This document shows, piece by piece, positions 12,535-25,100 of a DNA stretch of 55,436 nucleotides. Made by a program: the position numbers and the translations under genes. The DNA lies in NCBI RefSeq assembly GCF_001949145.1, contig NW_019091359.1:1257976-1313411 (forward strand), given 5' to 3'. Position 1 is the stretch's first letter. Every line of letters begins with the position of its first letter. The DNA is from Acanthaster planci. Taxonomy: Eukaryota. The notes below the pieces were generated by a model. That model was not told where the DNA came from, made no database searches, and was given only the letters and a program-made list of their open reading frames with translations.

Positions 12535-12669
12535 TGTTTGTTTCACATGGATGTGGATCTCAATCAGTGATCCCAACGCTGGTTAGCACCATCCACTATG
12601 CGGGTTTTGGTGTCCATAAACCAAGGATGGATCGCTGAAATCATAATCCAGGTCCATGTGAAACAAACA
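12535..12669. mobile_element. Palindromic MITE
   Basis: Perfect 17-bp TIR tgtttgtttcacatgga / tccatgtgaaacaaaca; inner arms also pair (tcagtgatcc / ggatcgctga). Confidence 0.75.
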
Positions 12670-13006
12670 CTGCCAAAGAGAAGAGTAGGAGCCAAGTAAA
12701 AATATGGTCAACAAAACTTCATCCATCAAGGGGCAAACATGCCAAACGTGAAAGATAAACTTAACGACACATAACCGAAACTTTTCATTTTTGATAACTT
12801 TGGGGGTGTTGTCAGAGGTCCAGAACTGCAGAATTATCATAAATAATTGTGTACAGTAGATGCGTTACCAATGAGACTCGTAGCCGTCCACTGACGATTC
12901 CATGACTTCGAGGGGGAAAAGGAAACGAAGTCAAAACTACTGATAAGAGACTTCATCTGAACTAACTGATGCACCACAGTGCCTGGACTGTGCCTCCTTC
13001 AATCTT

Positions 13007-13044
13007 TCAAAATCCTGAAAATCTCAGAGTGGATTTTGAAGGAT
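13007..13044 (-). CDS. SLC2A13: Probable last SLC2A13 coding exon: [12 protein letters not shown]
   Basis: Strong acceptor acttttactttcccag|, phase 1 compatible; no homology support. Confidence 0.5.
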
Positions 13045-16000
13045 CTGGGAAAGTAAAAGTCGTTGCCTTTTTGGTTTTAAAGCCAAGGCTGCTAAAAGTT
13101 CATGTGATTGCAATTTTTTTTAATAAAAACATTAAAAACAGACCTTTATTTGCTGATGAATGTTAGTTTTCAAGTTTTGTTTCATAATTCTTGATGGTTT
13201 TTTGTTGGTTTTATTTTTATACAAATGAGCAAAACTGTCATGTTAGTCTGGGCAGGAAACCTCAATGTTACACTGATTTGTGTACAAAAAAGCTGGAAGT
13301 TTTTAAATTTTGTTTTCTTTAGTGATTCACTGCAAGTACTGGCAATAAGCCAACAAGCAACCTACTCCCCAAAATGTTTTCAGTGAGCAAAATTCTCAAA
13401 TCTTTTGAGACTGGTTATCAACTTGGCTTGGCACATCACCAAAGATGTTTGGAAATGCAAATGGATCCAAGGAGATGAATTTCATGTGCATATTTTAGTA
13501 ATTTGCTCACTTCCTTTGGCCCAAGAGACATTTAACCCATATACACGGTCTGTGTTGAAATTTGCAGCTCACAGGGTGTAGCGTAGTGAATCAAATTACT
13601 CATACGACATAAGAAAACATTGTGCATTATCTTGGAATATACTGTACTCACAGAGCTAAAACTCAATCAAGTCAATAAGCACCTTCAGATTCCGAAATAT
13701 TTTTTGTTTCACATCAAAAACTTGCATAAACAACAAATGATTTACTCTACCTTGGTATTGATTTAAACATACTTTATCCAATTCATTGCTAAGAAAGAAA
13801 TCAAAACAGCTTTGTAATTGTTATCACATGCAACAGAAAAAAAAACAAAGAAATAAACAAATAAACCTTACCTTCCTTTTCACCTTGAAAGGCTGACCCC
13901 TGAAGAGGTTTGTACAATTCCGAAGAACCTCTGCCACAAGGCGACCAGGGTTTACTGAAGAGGTTAATGACCTCCTCCAATGGCCGACCTTTGGTTTCCG
14001 GTAACAAGCAGTACAGGAACAGGACACCAACCAGCGAGATACCAGCGTACATGAAAAATGTCCCTGAGTATTCAGGACAAGATAGTGTTGCGTTAACAGG
14101 CAAGGAGATTGCCCCTGAAACTTACACACTTAGCTTAACCGAAGACTCAGTCTTTTTATTTAATTTTCGCATCTTCCGCCTTTTCATTTGATGAAAATGT
14201 ACAGTTGGAGGAAAGTGACAGGTTTATTGAGTAGAAAAGGTGGAGCCGGATGGTATTAATAGAAGGGAATCTCAAGATCTGAACAGTAATGCAATTTCCT
14301 ACAGCACTTAGGAATCCAATCAGAAGGCTTCAGATTAAATACAGCAAAGTTTATGACTTCCAACACTGAGATTCGCCGTTCATCAACTTAATAAAATAAC
14401 CACTCCATACAGTACGTAGGTTCCCTGCCAATTTCATGGCTCTGCTTAGCTTTAGCAAAATACTTAAGCAAACCAGGAAATTGTGCACTTACAGTTGGTG
14501 TGTTGCACAGGTTAGCCAAGAAATTTGGCTTATGCACATGCATCAAACCACTTAACTGAAGATTCTCTGCTAACTCAGTGAGTTAGACATTTTTTGTGCT
14601 AGCGTTGTAAGCAGAATTCTCTAGACAGCTAAGCCATTAAATTGGGCCCTAATTGCCAGGCCCCACCTGACTTGAAAGAGAGCACCTCCAAGCACAAAGA
14701 ATGAACCAGTCTGGGTCTGGAGGATCTCAGTTACTAGACTCAGTTACAACAAGAAGTGCAATCATTTCTGATGATTATACCTCATACATATTCATGATTG
14801 AGAGCTGAATTCTCACTGGTGCATCCAACATACCTGCCAGTCGACATTTTTGCTGATGACCATGTGCGCGCAGAACGATCCACACACAAGTGAAATACGC
14901 AAGTCAAATACTTACCGGTATAAAGTGTACGCACCATGGGAAGTTGACAAACTAGTTCCTGAGTGAGGTGAAGCTGAATATGTCAACTCCCAATAGAGGC
15001 ATTGCGTGGTAGCCATCTTGCTAGGCAGTTCTGCTGTTCCACTGGGAAACCTCCTTTGAGCATATACCCAGTGGAACAAAAGCACTGGCCTGCAAGATGG
15101 CAGCTATGCAAACCCTCTACACCAAGGGAAGCTAGCATGGACTATTCAACCTCAAATTATGTTCTACTTGTACAACGCTATCCAAGCTATTACTGTTGGC
15201 TCACCTTGTCTGGTAATGGTCTCGGCCAGGCTTAGGAAGGTCATGGATATCAGTAAGTTGAATAGCCAGTTGGTGGTAGAAGAGAGTGCATTGCCTGTGC
15301 TACGAGCCCACTGGGGGTAAATCTCTGAGTTGATAGTCCACGGCATGGGGCCCATTCCTGACCAATAACAATTTAGAGTGAAGATTCTACTCCACGTTTG
15401 AAAACAATCCACTCTATGGACTGGCCACTGCTAGAAACTTTATTTTTGAAAACCAATTACATTCTCAAGTCTTATAATAAACGTTTCCATTATTATGCAC
15501 TATGAACAAAGATTTAAAGATCTGCAGCACACACACTATAACTTAGACGGTCCAAGTTCTGTATTACTGGATAAAGGGGGACTTCCATACAGAAGTGGGA
15601 ATTTGCATTTTCGCTACTGAGCTAATTATCAATTGTAAGTTGAGAAAAAGTTGTACAGATAAAATAAAAGTAGATAAAAACTTGTCACCAATTAAAGAAA
15701 GAGGAATTTCAGTTCACATAGAATTGCCCACAGGTCCAAATTTCGCTGGAAATTTGTTCTGGTAAGAAATAACTCACAAAAATGACACTAAGGGAATTTT
15801 TTAAACTTTTGAAGAACCCTACAACTTCTTCACGATGCAGCAAAGCAACAGCACAAGTCAGTTTCAAGTACGCCAATGATGTTTGCGTTCTACAGAGACG
15901 TCACAGCAAAACCAAAACTATAACTTGATAAACCCAGGACCAATGAACAAGAACTGGTCCACCTGCCTGGTGCGAAGAACATGAGGTAGACGATGAGCCC

Positions 16001-19000
16001 CACCAGCGCCATGATGCCAAATTTGGTTGGGCAGTATTCAGCCGACCACTCCAACTCGCTATCGACTTCCGCTGCCCACGAACAGCGGCCAACCTCGGAG
16101 TACTCTGTGCTGGTCTCGTTGATCGGCAGGCAAGAGCCATTCAGGACAGCGCCCCCACTAGTCTGGATAAAACAAAAGCCGCATTCCTCCTGCAAGATGC
16201 ACCAATCACAGTCTCTGTGGTGGGGTGGGGGAAACAAAAGTAAATATTTTGTGAAGTGGCAAAATTCCGGACTTAAAAATCACGGTGCCAGGGTTCAACC
16301 GGTCTCGCCCCTCCGAAATATTCCAAGATGTCCAAATTTATTGTTAAGGACGTTGGGGGCTTGTGGTTGAAACAACAAACATCCCCTCAGATCGTTTCCA
16401 TGAATGCAGAGCACTGTGCGAGGTACTGACCTGTACGTGCTGCACTGCCCGGCCTCAGGGTTGTGGACTGTGACAGGTGGGGAATTTATGGCCATCAGGA
16501 GGAATCCAATACTGAGAAACACATGGCTGAAAGTCACACCTGTAGGGTAAAAATGGACCAAGGTATCAGCTATGTGTCAGGCAGTTTGAAATAGACTAGA
16601 AAAATAAATTGACATAGTTAATTCTGGCAAAGAAATACCGTCATAATTAGGAGCTGGAATTAGGGTCAAAGTTTAGTTACATTTTCCCTGATGTTAGAAC
16701 TGCTTGCTGACTGACATCAAGTAAAGAGGACACAAATGCTTTTTCCCCTCTTTCATTTATTTATTACATTGTTTTACAAATACGGCATTGCATATTCATG
16801 AAAAAAAAAAAATCCGGAACACATAAATTAGATGAACAGACATGTGCATAACTAAAGCACAAAATGTCACTTTAATTTTTCCCCATACACTGATACGTAC
16901 ACACTTGAACGATATTACGTGAAATGTTGAAATAGCATACAGAAATGTCATATCGTTTTGCAGATATGAGGTTATTTCCCCAATTACTGTAGTTAAACAC
17001 AATAGTATCACCAGCCTGTTAAGAGGGGCAAAACTGTCATAAACTCCATGGAACAAAACCCTACAATACTCTGACCATAAATATGAATACTTTTACAATT
17101 GCAAACTGGTAATAAATATCAACTCCAAGTTTATGAAAACAAAAAGGAAGTTTCACTACAGTTCCTTGGTTTACTTCAAACCATTAATGGTAAGCACCGA
17201 CGTAACATATCAACAGGACCTCTGCACAACCTCTCTTGCATTGGTTAACCATTGTTCTTTGAAATATTTCCATGATCTGACTCTATCTCCGTTCATTACC
17301 AGGCTGACGAAGAAAAATGTAAACCAACCTGACAGACTTCCCAAGGTAAGAATTCGTCGGCCAATTTTGTCCACCAAGTAGACACCGACAAATGTGAAGA
17401 GGAAATTGACAAAACCCACAACAGCGGCCAACCAGATGACGGTGGAGTTGTCTCTGACCCCTGACATGCGAATAATTGTTGCACTGTAATACCTGGGCAG
17501 TGAAAACACCATCACAGGGGTAAAAGAATACCCACACTGAAATTTATAGGTGATCCTCAAAACAAGAGTGTAGTCTTGCATTTTTCAGCACCAACAATAA
17601 TTTTGTCATTTTGGTTTAAGGAGTGGGATTTTTTTAGCATTTTCCCAACAAAACTTGTTCTGCTTACAAGGTCTAACAGCATGAACAGAACAAATACAAG
17701 TTCTAGACTTGTTCCAACATTCCGTCGACAACTTACATGACTGTGTTTATACCAGCCAACTGCTGGAACATCTGTAGACTACAACCCACGATGACAGCCT
17801 TCAGGACTGGTGGCGTTTGCAAAATCCTCAAGATCACCCATTTCCTTCCTGGAAAATAAAGGAACACACTAAGGTGAAAGAGAAAGAAAGTATTATTCCA
17901 AATCTCTCAAAACTTTAGAGATTTAATCCTTATCAATTATAGAACTATATGGCCCTGCTACTTCAAGGATCAAGTTTTTACAACTGGCTGCAGTATAACT
18001 CACTTCCTTCATGCAGATACAATATCATTTTACTATTATGGAGCATTGTTTGAATAACATAGGAATGATGGATGCCCACAACTATCTCATTTCATTTCAT
18101 TTTGGTTTATTAAAATCCATTTTCGCAGTTAAAAAAACTGAATTACAATGGATTTAACAATCAAATAATAAAAAAAGATTAAGCAATTAAAATAAGAATT
18201 AAAAAAAAATCGTTATTAAATAATTACAAAAAATATTCAACATTTACCATTACAGTTTACACTCACAAAAAATAAAACATATAACATGACTAACGACCAA
18301 CACGCATATAAGAACACTACTAAAAAACATCCGTTGCAATTTACACTTCAAAGATGAAATTATTGTGATCTTAAAAATTTCAGTCAAAGGATAAGAAAGG
18401 AAAACAATCTCTTCATCGATGATTTGGCCTATTTCGGTGAACAATCTTCCTCGGTGATTACTACAATTATTAAACTTGTCAAAGCATTTTAACACCTCAA
18501 ATAACCGTCTCCCCTTTAAATTTATCTCCGTAGAAGATGGGCACCACATGTAGGCAAATGTCTCAAATCTCCTAAACTTGAGGCTGGCGTGCAGTTGGCA
18601 AGTCATGACACCCCTGGTGGTGTCTGCACGGCAGTAATGGCTTTGAGTTAATCCAAAGGATTTCCTTCACAGAAACACTGATGTGGGTGCATAGTTGTTG
18701 CATACCAAAGGAGCCCCCTTCCCACCACCTTACCAGCTTATTTGGAAAAACTGTCCAGAGCCAGTTATGTTGTATAATATAGCTGGCCCAATGTCTCCGC
18801 CATTACTGGGGGGCAGAATAGCCCTAACTCCCTGGGGTGATTATTACAAATCTCTACACCATTACGGTAAATATAAACAGTTGTACTCTGTTACTCATGG
18901 TGTGCCCAATCCCACATGAAACACAACCACTTTACCAGTGCTGTACTCATCCTACCAGCTTCCAACAAACCCTGGTGTTTGTTGGAGTTTGGCTGGTTGG

Positions 19001-22000
19001 GGTTCGTTAGGGTTAGGGGAGAAAATGGGGGGGTGGGGCTTCCTAACGGTACCCCAGCAACAGTGTGTCTAGATTCATCTCCCGCCCACTCACCTTTCAT
19101 CGCCCGTTGCTCCTCCTGTTGCTCCAGGACGCTCCTGCTAATGCTCTCCAGCTCTCTTCCCACCTCTGGGCTGTCCTTCCCGTGGATCCACGCCAGGACC
19201 GTCTTGGCCTCCTGTGGCTTGTCGTGGAGGATTGACCAACGAGGGCTCTCCGGTAGGAAGATGAAACCCACCAACTGAATGGCTGAGGGCACTCCTCCTA
19301 AACCTAGCATCAACCTGGGAATAAGGATTGAAAAAAACCACGGTGATGGTCACCGACTTGGACAATGGAAGGGAATGTAGCCTTGGGGTTAAGGTTCACA
19401 ACCCGTGACCAGTGTGACCAGAGAGTCCCGGGTTCAAATCCAGCTGGACGCAATAAGTTGTGACCCTTGGCAAGTCACTTCAACCGTGCTTGCCTTTATC
19501 TACATTGGAGTATGACTGGGTACCAGCATTAGCTGGTAAGCAATGCACAGTGTGTTGACATCCCATGGGAGAGGGACCGGGGAGGGGGGAACACAAACAT
19601 GCCAAGTTGTTTCACGCTGAGGAAACTGGAGATAAACACTGATCCCCTGGACTACACGGGATCAGGACAGATTTGCTTTTAGGGACAAATCCAGTAACCA
19701 TAGCAATAATCAAGTCAATTGGAAGTCACATTTATACGCGAAGTAATAAGGCCGGGTCGTTCACTGAGATCACATGGGTTCCATCCATTATGACAGATTC
19801 AGAAGTTAAGAAAAAAACTGTTTTAGGTTTTCTGTAATAGTGACTGCAATCGCACAACATGAGTCTTGAGATCATTTTTGTCAGCCATTTCGTTTTGGTT
19901 AGAATTAGACAAATCAAACTGAACTCATTGCTTTCATATATTTCTCAGTTTAGCATCCCGATGCAAATGGGCATCAAATGTTGAGGGTTCCAATTAATTT
20001 CCATTGCGCATAATTATTTTCAAAGTGTGTGAACTCCAAAGCGGCTCTGGCAACTTGTGCCTCTCTTTGTTAGATCAGGTCACAAATGTAGAACACTTTA
20101 GAGCTATTTAGACCAGACACGAGCAACAGGGCGAGCAATGACAAAGGAATGCATCTGTTGAAGAGCGATGAGCAACCTCATCCCTAAGTTCAGACCGGAG
20201 GTCTTGTGTTGGTCTCAGGATGGTCTTACGACTTTCCAAGGCTTGAGAAAAAAAATGACGTCACTGACCTCCAGCCCCAGGAATGATACGACAGAAACCC
20301 GTCAATGACAGATGCCACAAACTGGCCGAAGGTTATGAAGAGATTGTTGATAGTGACAAGACGACCCCTCAAATGAGTTGGGGCAGCTTCAGCAATGTAC
20401 ATGGGTACAGTCATTGAGGCCAGACCTGTCGACAATCAACAAAACAAAACCTTCTTGACCAAATGTCTCTTAAGCAAACTGTGAATTGCCTCTTTTAGAT
20501 GTCCTGAATTTTGGACCTGAGGGTATGTAACATATCAAGTTATTCTATGTACATGGTTAGGATCCAAATGTTGAATTTTAAGAAAATTTGTAAAATTATG
20601 TCATGTATTTTTTGGAGCTCCAGATTTTGGTTTTGCAGTTTTTTAATTTCCCCATTTGACGATATTTTTCTTTACTAAAAGAACGCATGTAGCCAGCTCG
20701 GTGTTGGTCAAACGTTAGACTCAGCAAAAAATTCACTGGCTGTAACTCACAATGACACACATCTAAGGAAAGTGGCTGCAGTCACTAACCATCAGAAATC
20801 AATGAGACGGGGAATCAAAAAGACCCCCATGAACTTTGATATGACTGAGTCTTACCGACTCCCAGACCGACGACAATCCGGCCAATAAGAAGGACTTCTT
20901 TGCTTTGGGAAATGCTCATGATAACGGCACCCGCTGTGAAGACTGTGCTACCAAGGAGAATCACTGGTTTCCTGCCGAAGACATCATTTAGTTTGCCACC
21001 GAGGAAGGAGGCCACAGCTGCTGCGGCAATGGTAACACTTACCTAACGACGGATATTAAGACAAATTATTTTTGTCTTAATCTTGAAACATGCAATAAAT
21101 GTAAATGTAGTCAGAGTATTTAGGATATCATATTTTGCAGTCAACGCAATGTAAAAATCTTTGACTTATAAGCAGTGAATGCGTAAAGAAACTAGTGCTG
21201 AGTTACAGGAAAAACACACTTCATCATAGAGACTGAAGTAGCACAATGTTTGGATATGACTTACTATCTGCCCCTCCCTTGAAAGAAAGGACCCCAAGAA
21301 TAGTAATAACTATGAATTCTACAATGTAAACATTAACTGAAGTATGAAGATAAATATTAAACTCAAACTGCCTCTTTAAAATCAATATTAAGTTCACGTT
21401 TCATCTGGCAAAGGTAAGAACTTTGTCAGAGTACTGTAGAGTGATATAACTTATTCCGTTTGCTGTCTTTCATCAATCAATTTCAGTGATTCTGTGACAA
21501 GCAGAGCAATTTCATTTCAAATCAACATTGGATACAAATTCATACACATAATGCTCACAAACATGAATATCCATGGTCAATTTATCCAAAGCCCCACTCG
21601 TAAAATAAGAAGTGTAGAGCACATTTACATGTACCAATTGTTCAATTGAAGATTACAATATGTTTTTTACATATATTTCTTACTGAAAGTGCCATAAATA
21701 TATCTCGTTGTTTGACTTAAATCAAAGCAACAAATACCAAATGTGATACACAATACACACACGGCCATCACGCCCGTTTGACATGTGGGCTCATATTTGC
21801 AACTGATGAAAACTTGGACGGTATGGTAGCTCTAGTCATGACATTCGAATGTGGTCAATATATCCCAATCAAACTGCCGTCAGAAACTGAGACAATACCC
21901 ACCACAAGTTCTTGCCAAACTGTGCTGAGATTGAACTCTTGCCTCAGCAGGATCATGGCACCCGACACCACGCCCGTGTCGTACCCAAAGAGGAACCCCC

Positions 22001-22181
22001 CGATGGCCGCAAAGACCACCAAGACTTTGGTGAAGAGGGTGACAGGAGGTGGCGTGGGATGGCGGCAGACCAGCGCTTTCGTGGGGGAATCCTCATTGGC
22101 AGCGGGGTGGTTGTTTCGGTCAGCCATGTTGTCGTCGGTGCCTGGATCAGTGTCTGCTGGCATGTTCATCATCTCAAACAT
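13007..22181 (-). CDS. SLC2A13: Proton myo-inositol cotransporter (HMIT/GLUT13); gene span, 11 coding exons, about 619 aa
   Basis: Motifs [65 protein letters not shown] and LPETKG, plus the HMIT-specific Cys-rich loop (CDWC..CGFC..YCP). All exon phases are consistent. Confidence 0.95.
13872..14063 (-). CDS. SLC2A13: SLC2A13 exon: GTFFMYAG...LPETKG...QGEKE
   Basis: ctcag| acceptor, AAG|gtaagg donor, 192 nt; the 3' boundary is less certain. Confidence 0.88.
14428..14645. mobile_element. Degenerate MITE with (GGC)CCAATTTCATGGCT-type termini
   Basis: ccaatttcatggct ... agccattaaattgg inverted termini. Confidence 0.5.
15205..15357 (-). CDS. SLC2A13: SLC2A13 exon: [15 protein letters not shown]...ETITRQ
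   Basis: gtcag| acceptor, |gtgagc donor, 153 nt. Confidence 0.95.
15967..16214 (-). CDS. SLC2A13: SLC2A13 exon: Cys-rich extracellular loop and TM10, ending at a GC donor
   Basis: cacag| acceptor, CAG|gcaggt donor, 248 nt; restores FFAPGMGPMPW. Confidence 0.92.
16431..16539 (-). CDS. SLC2A13: SLC2A13 exon: [23 protein letters not shown]...CSTYR
   Basis: tacag| acceptor, |gtcagt donor, 109 nt. Confidence 0.92.
17329..17492 (-). CDS. SLC2A13: SLC2A13 exon: [11 protein letters not shown]...[15 protein letters not shown]
   Basis: cccag| acceptor, |gttggt donor, 164 nt. Confidence 0.94.
17737..17848 (-). CDS. SLC2A13: SLC2A13 exon: [38 protein letters not shown]
   Basis: ttccag| acceptor, |gtaagt donor, 112 nt; not in the ORF track. 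Confidence 0.95.
19094..19314 (-). CDS. SLC2A13: SLC2A13 exon: [10 protein letters not shown]...PESPRW...QRAMK
   Basis: cccag| acceptor, |gtgagt donor, 221 nt, phase 2-1. Confidence 0.95.
19371..19680 (+). mobile_element. tRNA-derived SINE with CORE-like central motif (SLC2A13 intron, antisense)
   Basis: A box tagccttggggttaagg, B box ggttcaaatcc, then tgtgacccttggcaagtcacttcaacc (CORE-like) and a tail ending in a T-run. Confidence 0.75.
20269..20425 (-). CDS. SLC2A13: SLC2A13 exon: [13 protein letters not shown]...HSWGWR
   Basis: gacag| acceptor, |gtcagt donor, 157 nt, phase 1-2. Confidence 0.95.
20856..21042 (-). CDS. SLC2A13: SLC2A13 exon: [25 protein letters not shown]...VVGLGV
   Basis: cgttag| acceptor, |gtaaga donor, 187 nt, phase 0-1. 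Confidence 0.92.
21903..22181 (-). CDS. SLC2A13: SLC2A13 first coding exon (exon begins at 22265 with 5' UTR; alternative in-frame ATGs at 22172, 22169 and 22163)
   Basis: acacag| acceptor before 22265, in-frame upstream TGA, donor |gtgggt after WQELV. Confidence 0.88.
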
Positions 22182-25100
22182 TGGTGAAGCACTCCCTCAT
22201 CCGTCATTCTGCGTTTCGTGTCTCCTCTCCGTTCTTTCAACTACGTGTGGATGCGTTTTAGTCTCCTGTGTAGAAGAAATGCCAAGTAAAAAGTAAAGGC
22301 TGGTTTGTACGACTAAAAAATTGACATGTAATCATCCCACACACGGTTTACACAAAGGAAGCCAAAGTTTCAACGAACGGTTACCAAACGACAGTGGTGA
22401 CATCAAAAGAGAGTTCAAATAATTTAATTTTGACATGGTTGCTGACCTAGCTTTTCAGGATTTCGCCTCTGCATACACGATTGATTGTCATAACTAAAAA
22501 TTGAATTTTATGCCTTCAATGCATGTATTTTGCAAGAAGTAATTTTCATATGCCATAAAACGACTATGAACTGCCCCAACAGGATTTAGTGTCCAGCACC
22601 CATCAGCATCTGGCCCTCACCAACTGCAAATCAGCCTTGATACCAAGGATTCTGGCCATAAATCCCTGGATCATTTATGCAAGAAACCATCCCAAATCCT
22701 AAAATATCCAGTATTATGCAGTGAACCAATGACAAATTCCTTTCATTTCCATCGGGCATCAGGCCTCATAAAAATTAACAGTGGCTGTATTAATAAAATA
22801 ATAATAATAATGAATTATTTAAAAAACGCTTTCCATGTCAATGACATCTCTGTCTGATTTGACGGTGAAATCTTTCCCAGGGAATTGTCAAGGATATGCT
22901 GTGATTATTATTTAACTAGTAAATTCCTCAACCAAAAATACATGTATATCAACAGAGTATAGAGATTTTAAAACAAATATGACCGATGAGTGCACCGAAG
23001 CAGTCATGACATGGATGACACAGAGATCTATGTGTCAATACAATGTGTATGTCTGGTTATCTATAATTAAGGCAGAAAGTCATACAATTGTCGTCAGAAC
23101 CATTACTCCAACATCTGCTTCGCTATCACGTAATCTGCATTTAGTGTAAAACTGCCTCGATGGCCAGGCAACGGTTTATCCTGCTTAGTATGCATGAGCG
23201 ACCATGTCAACCAGAGCTTTATGTATTTCTTTGAAATTATTCATCACGCAAGGGGTAGATTTGCAAAATATCTACACAAATTTAACGCTGCTTCAGGAAG
23301 AAGCTTTTCATTAAAGAATCACATTAAAATGCAGAATAAATATATTTATACGGTTCAGCCATTGTCAGTGAATTCTAATGTTGTGCATGACAAAATGTAC
23401 ATGTATTAGTAGATTCAGTAAATGTATGTACTAGAACGTTTGCCTATGGAGGTTTATGAACATCTTACTAAATAGGCTATAAATGGTGTTCCACCTCAAC
23501 CCTTTCAAATCTTCTTGGTTTTGTGGTCACTTTGCAGGATTGAGAAAGGTAGACCCAAGACACAAATACTGCATGATCATTCAATTTTGGGGGTGCAATC
23601 TATTGATATTGCTGCAATCAATTCATCAAGTTTTCCTTCTAATTCCTGACTGGAGAAGGCCAATTTGAAAAGGGGGAAGTTAATTCTCGGATTTAACACC
23701 ACTTTGACTGAGAGTGCTGCACAAACAGGCAATCTTGCTGTTCAACTCATGCCATTCAACATCTTTCAAACTCCAATACTGAGTGAAATACTTCTGATGG
23801 CCCCCCCAAAAAAAAAAAAAGGCCACAAACTTAACCAACCAACCCAGGTCTATAATACCGATAATATTCCTAAAACTATACAGTTCAGGAAGTACCCATA
23901 TAATTGGATGTGGTTATCATCACTCCTTTTAGAGGTATGGCGGACGCAATAGGAGGGCACTATTTGGTTTGGGTAAAATCTTTTGTGTTTGCTCCACATT
24001 ACCACTGCTCTTTCACAGTGGCCCCTGCTAATGGCGGTTACAAGCACAGTTGCTCTACGTGTACAGTACATGTTCAGTACATGTATACCAATCCCAATGC
24101 AACGCTTTCTGCCACTGAAACGGGCCATCCCGAACGTCCCATGAAAGCGTTGCTGGTTTTGTGGAAAGATAAGCAATCTCCAGCCCCAATATAAAGCCCC
24201 GTTGGCCCTAAACAGCTAACTACCGGTACAGTTCCCTGGTCCCCTGTCCCATCCACCCTCCCACTTTCTTTGACCCTTTCCTTAGGAGTGTACAGTTGAA
24301 TGTTCAAAATGAACGGTAGGTCTGTGGTGTAACTGCCGACACTGTGACTCTCACTAAAGTGTGCTACACAGATCTATTCTAACCTAATCCAACTCTGAAT
24401 ATTCGAGACTCCAGCCCACTTTTTCCGCCCCTCCTACTCTTCCCATCCCCACAGAGGGTATATCATAGAGCTGCATGAACGTGTACAAGTATACTTTTTT
24501 TAGCTAAGTGGCTATTATTCAGTCCAAACTATATCCACTGTTCCAACTTTGTCCAGTGCCAATTTGCGGGACTGGCCCGACTTTTGTCGACAAACTAATT
24601 CTAAGAAAAAACAATTTAGTTCCTCCAACCGTGACACAAGCTTAATAGCATGTAAAAAGCATTTAGAACCTGGGTAACAGCCTGACCCAATATTTAATTT
24701 TTTATATTCCAAAATGTGTAAAACAAAAAGGGCCGTAAGATGTTTTTTGTGGCTATAGAGTCAATGACCTTAGTCTTATTGAAAAAGTTAAAGACCCTGA
24801 CAGAAAAATTGTCACCGTTAAGAAGATTCTGCAAGGATAAAACATCAGGCCCAGTCCAAGTTTAACTTTTTGAGTGACAGATTTTGGATTACCAAAGTTG
24901 GGCATGCCCAACTGCAAGTCATTGTTGGCAAAGATGTATCTGTCCCAAGTTGGTGTTGCACAAAGTTAGGATGTAAAGGATTCCACGTACAGATGTCACT
25001 AATTTTCCCTGCAGTGATCTCAATGCAATAAACTCTCCTAAAAAGTCAAATTTTGCAGTGAAAATATTGAGGTATTCACTTATATGTAGAAAACCTTTTG

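Noticed and set aside
19005..19020. Telomeric repeat or telomerase template (TTAGGG x2)
   Set aside because: Only two units in an intron, with no supporting structure.
21778..22296. 172-aa plus-strand ORF
   Set aside because: Antisense shadow of the GC-rich first coding exon of SLC2A13.
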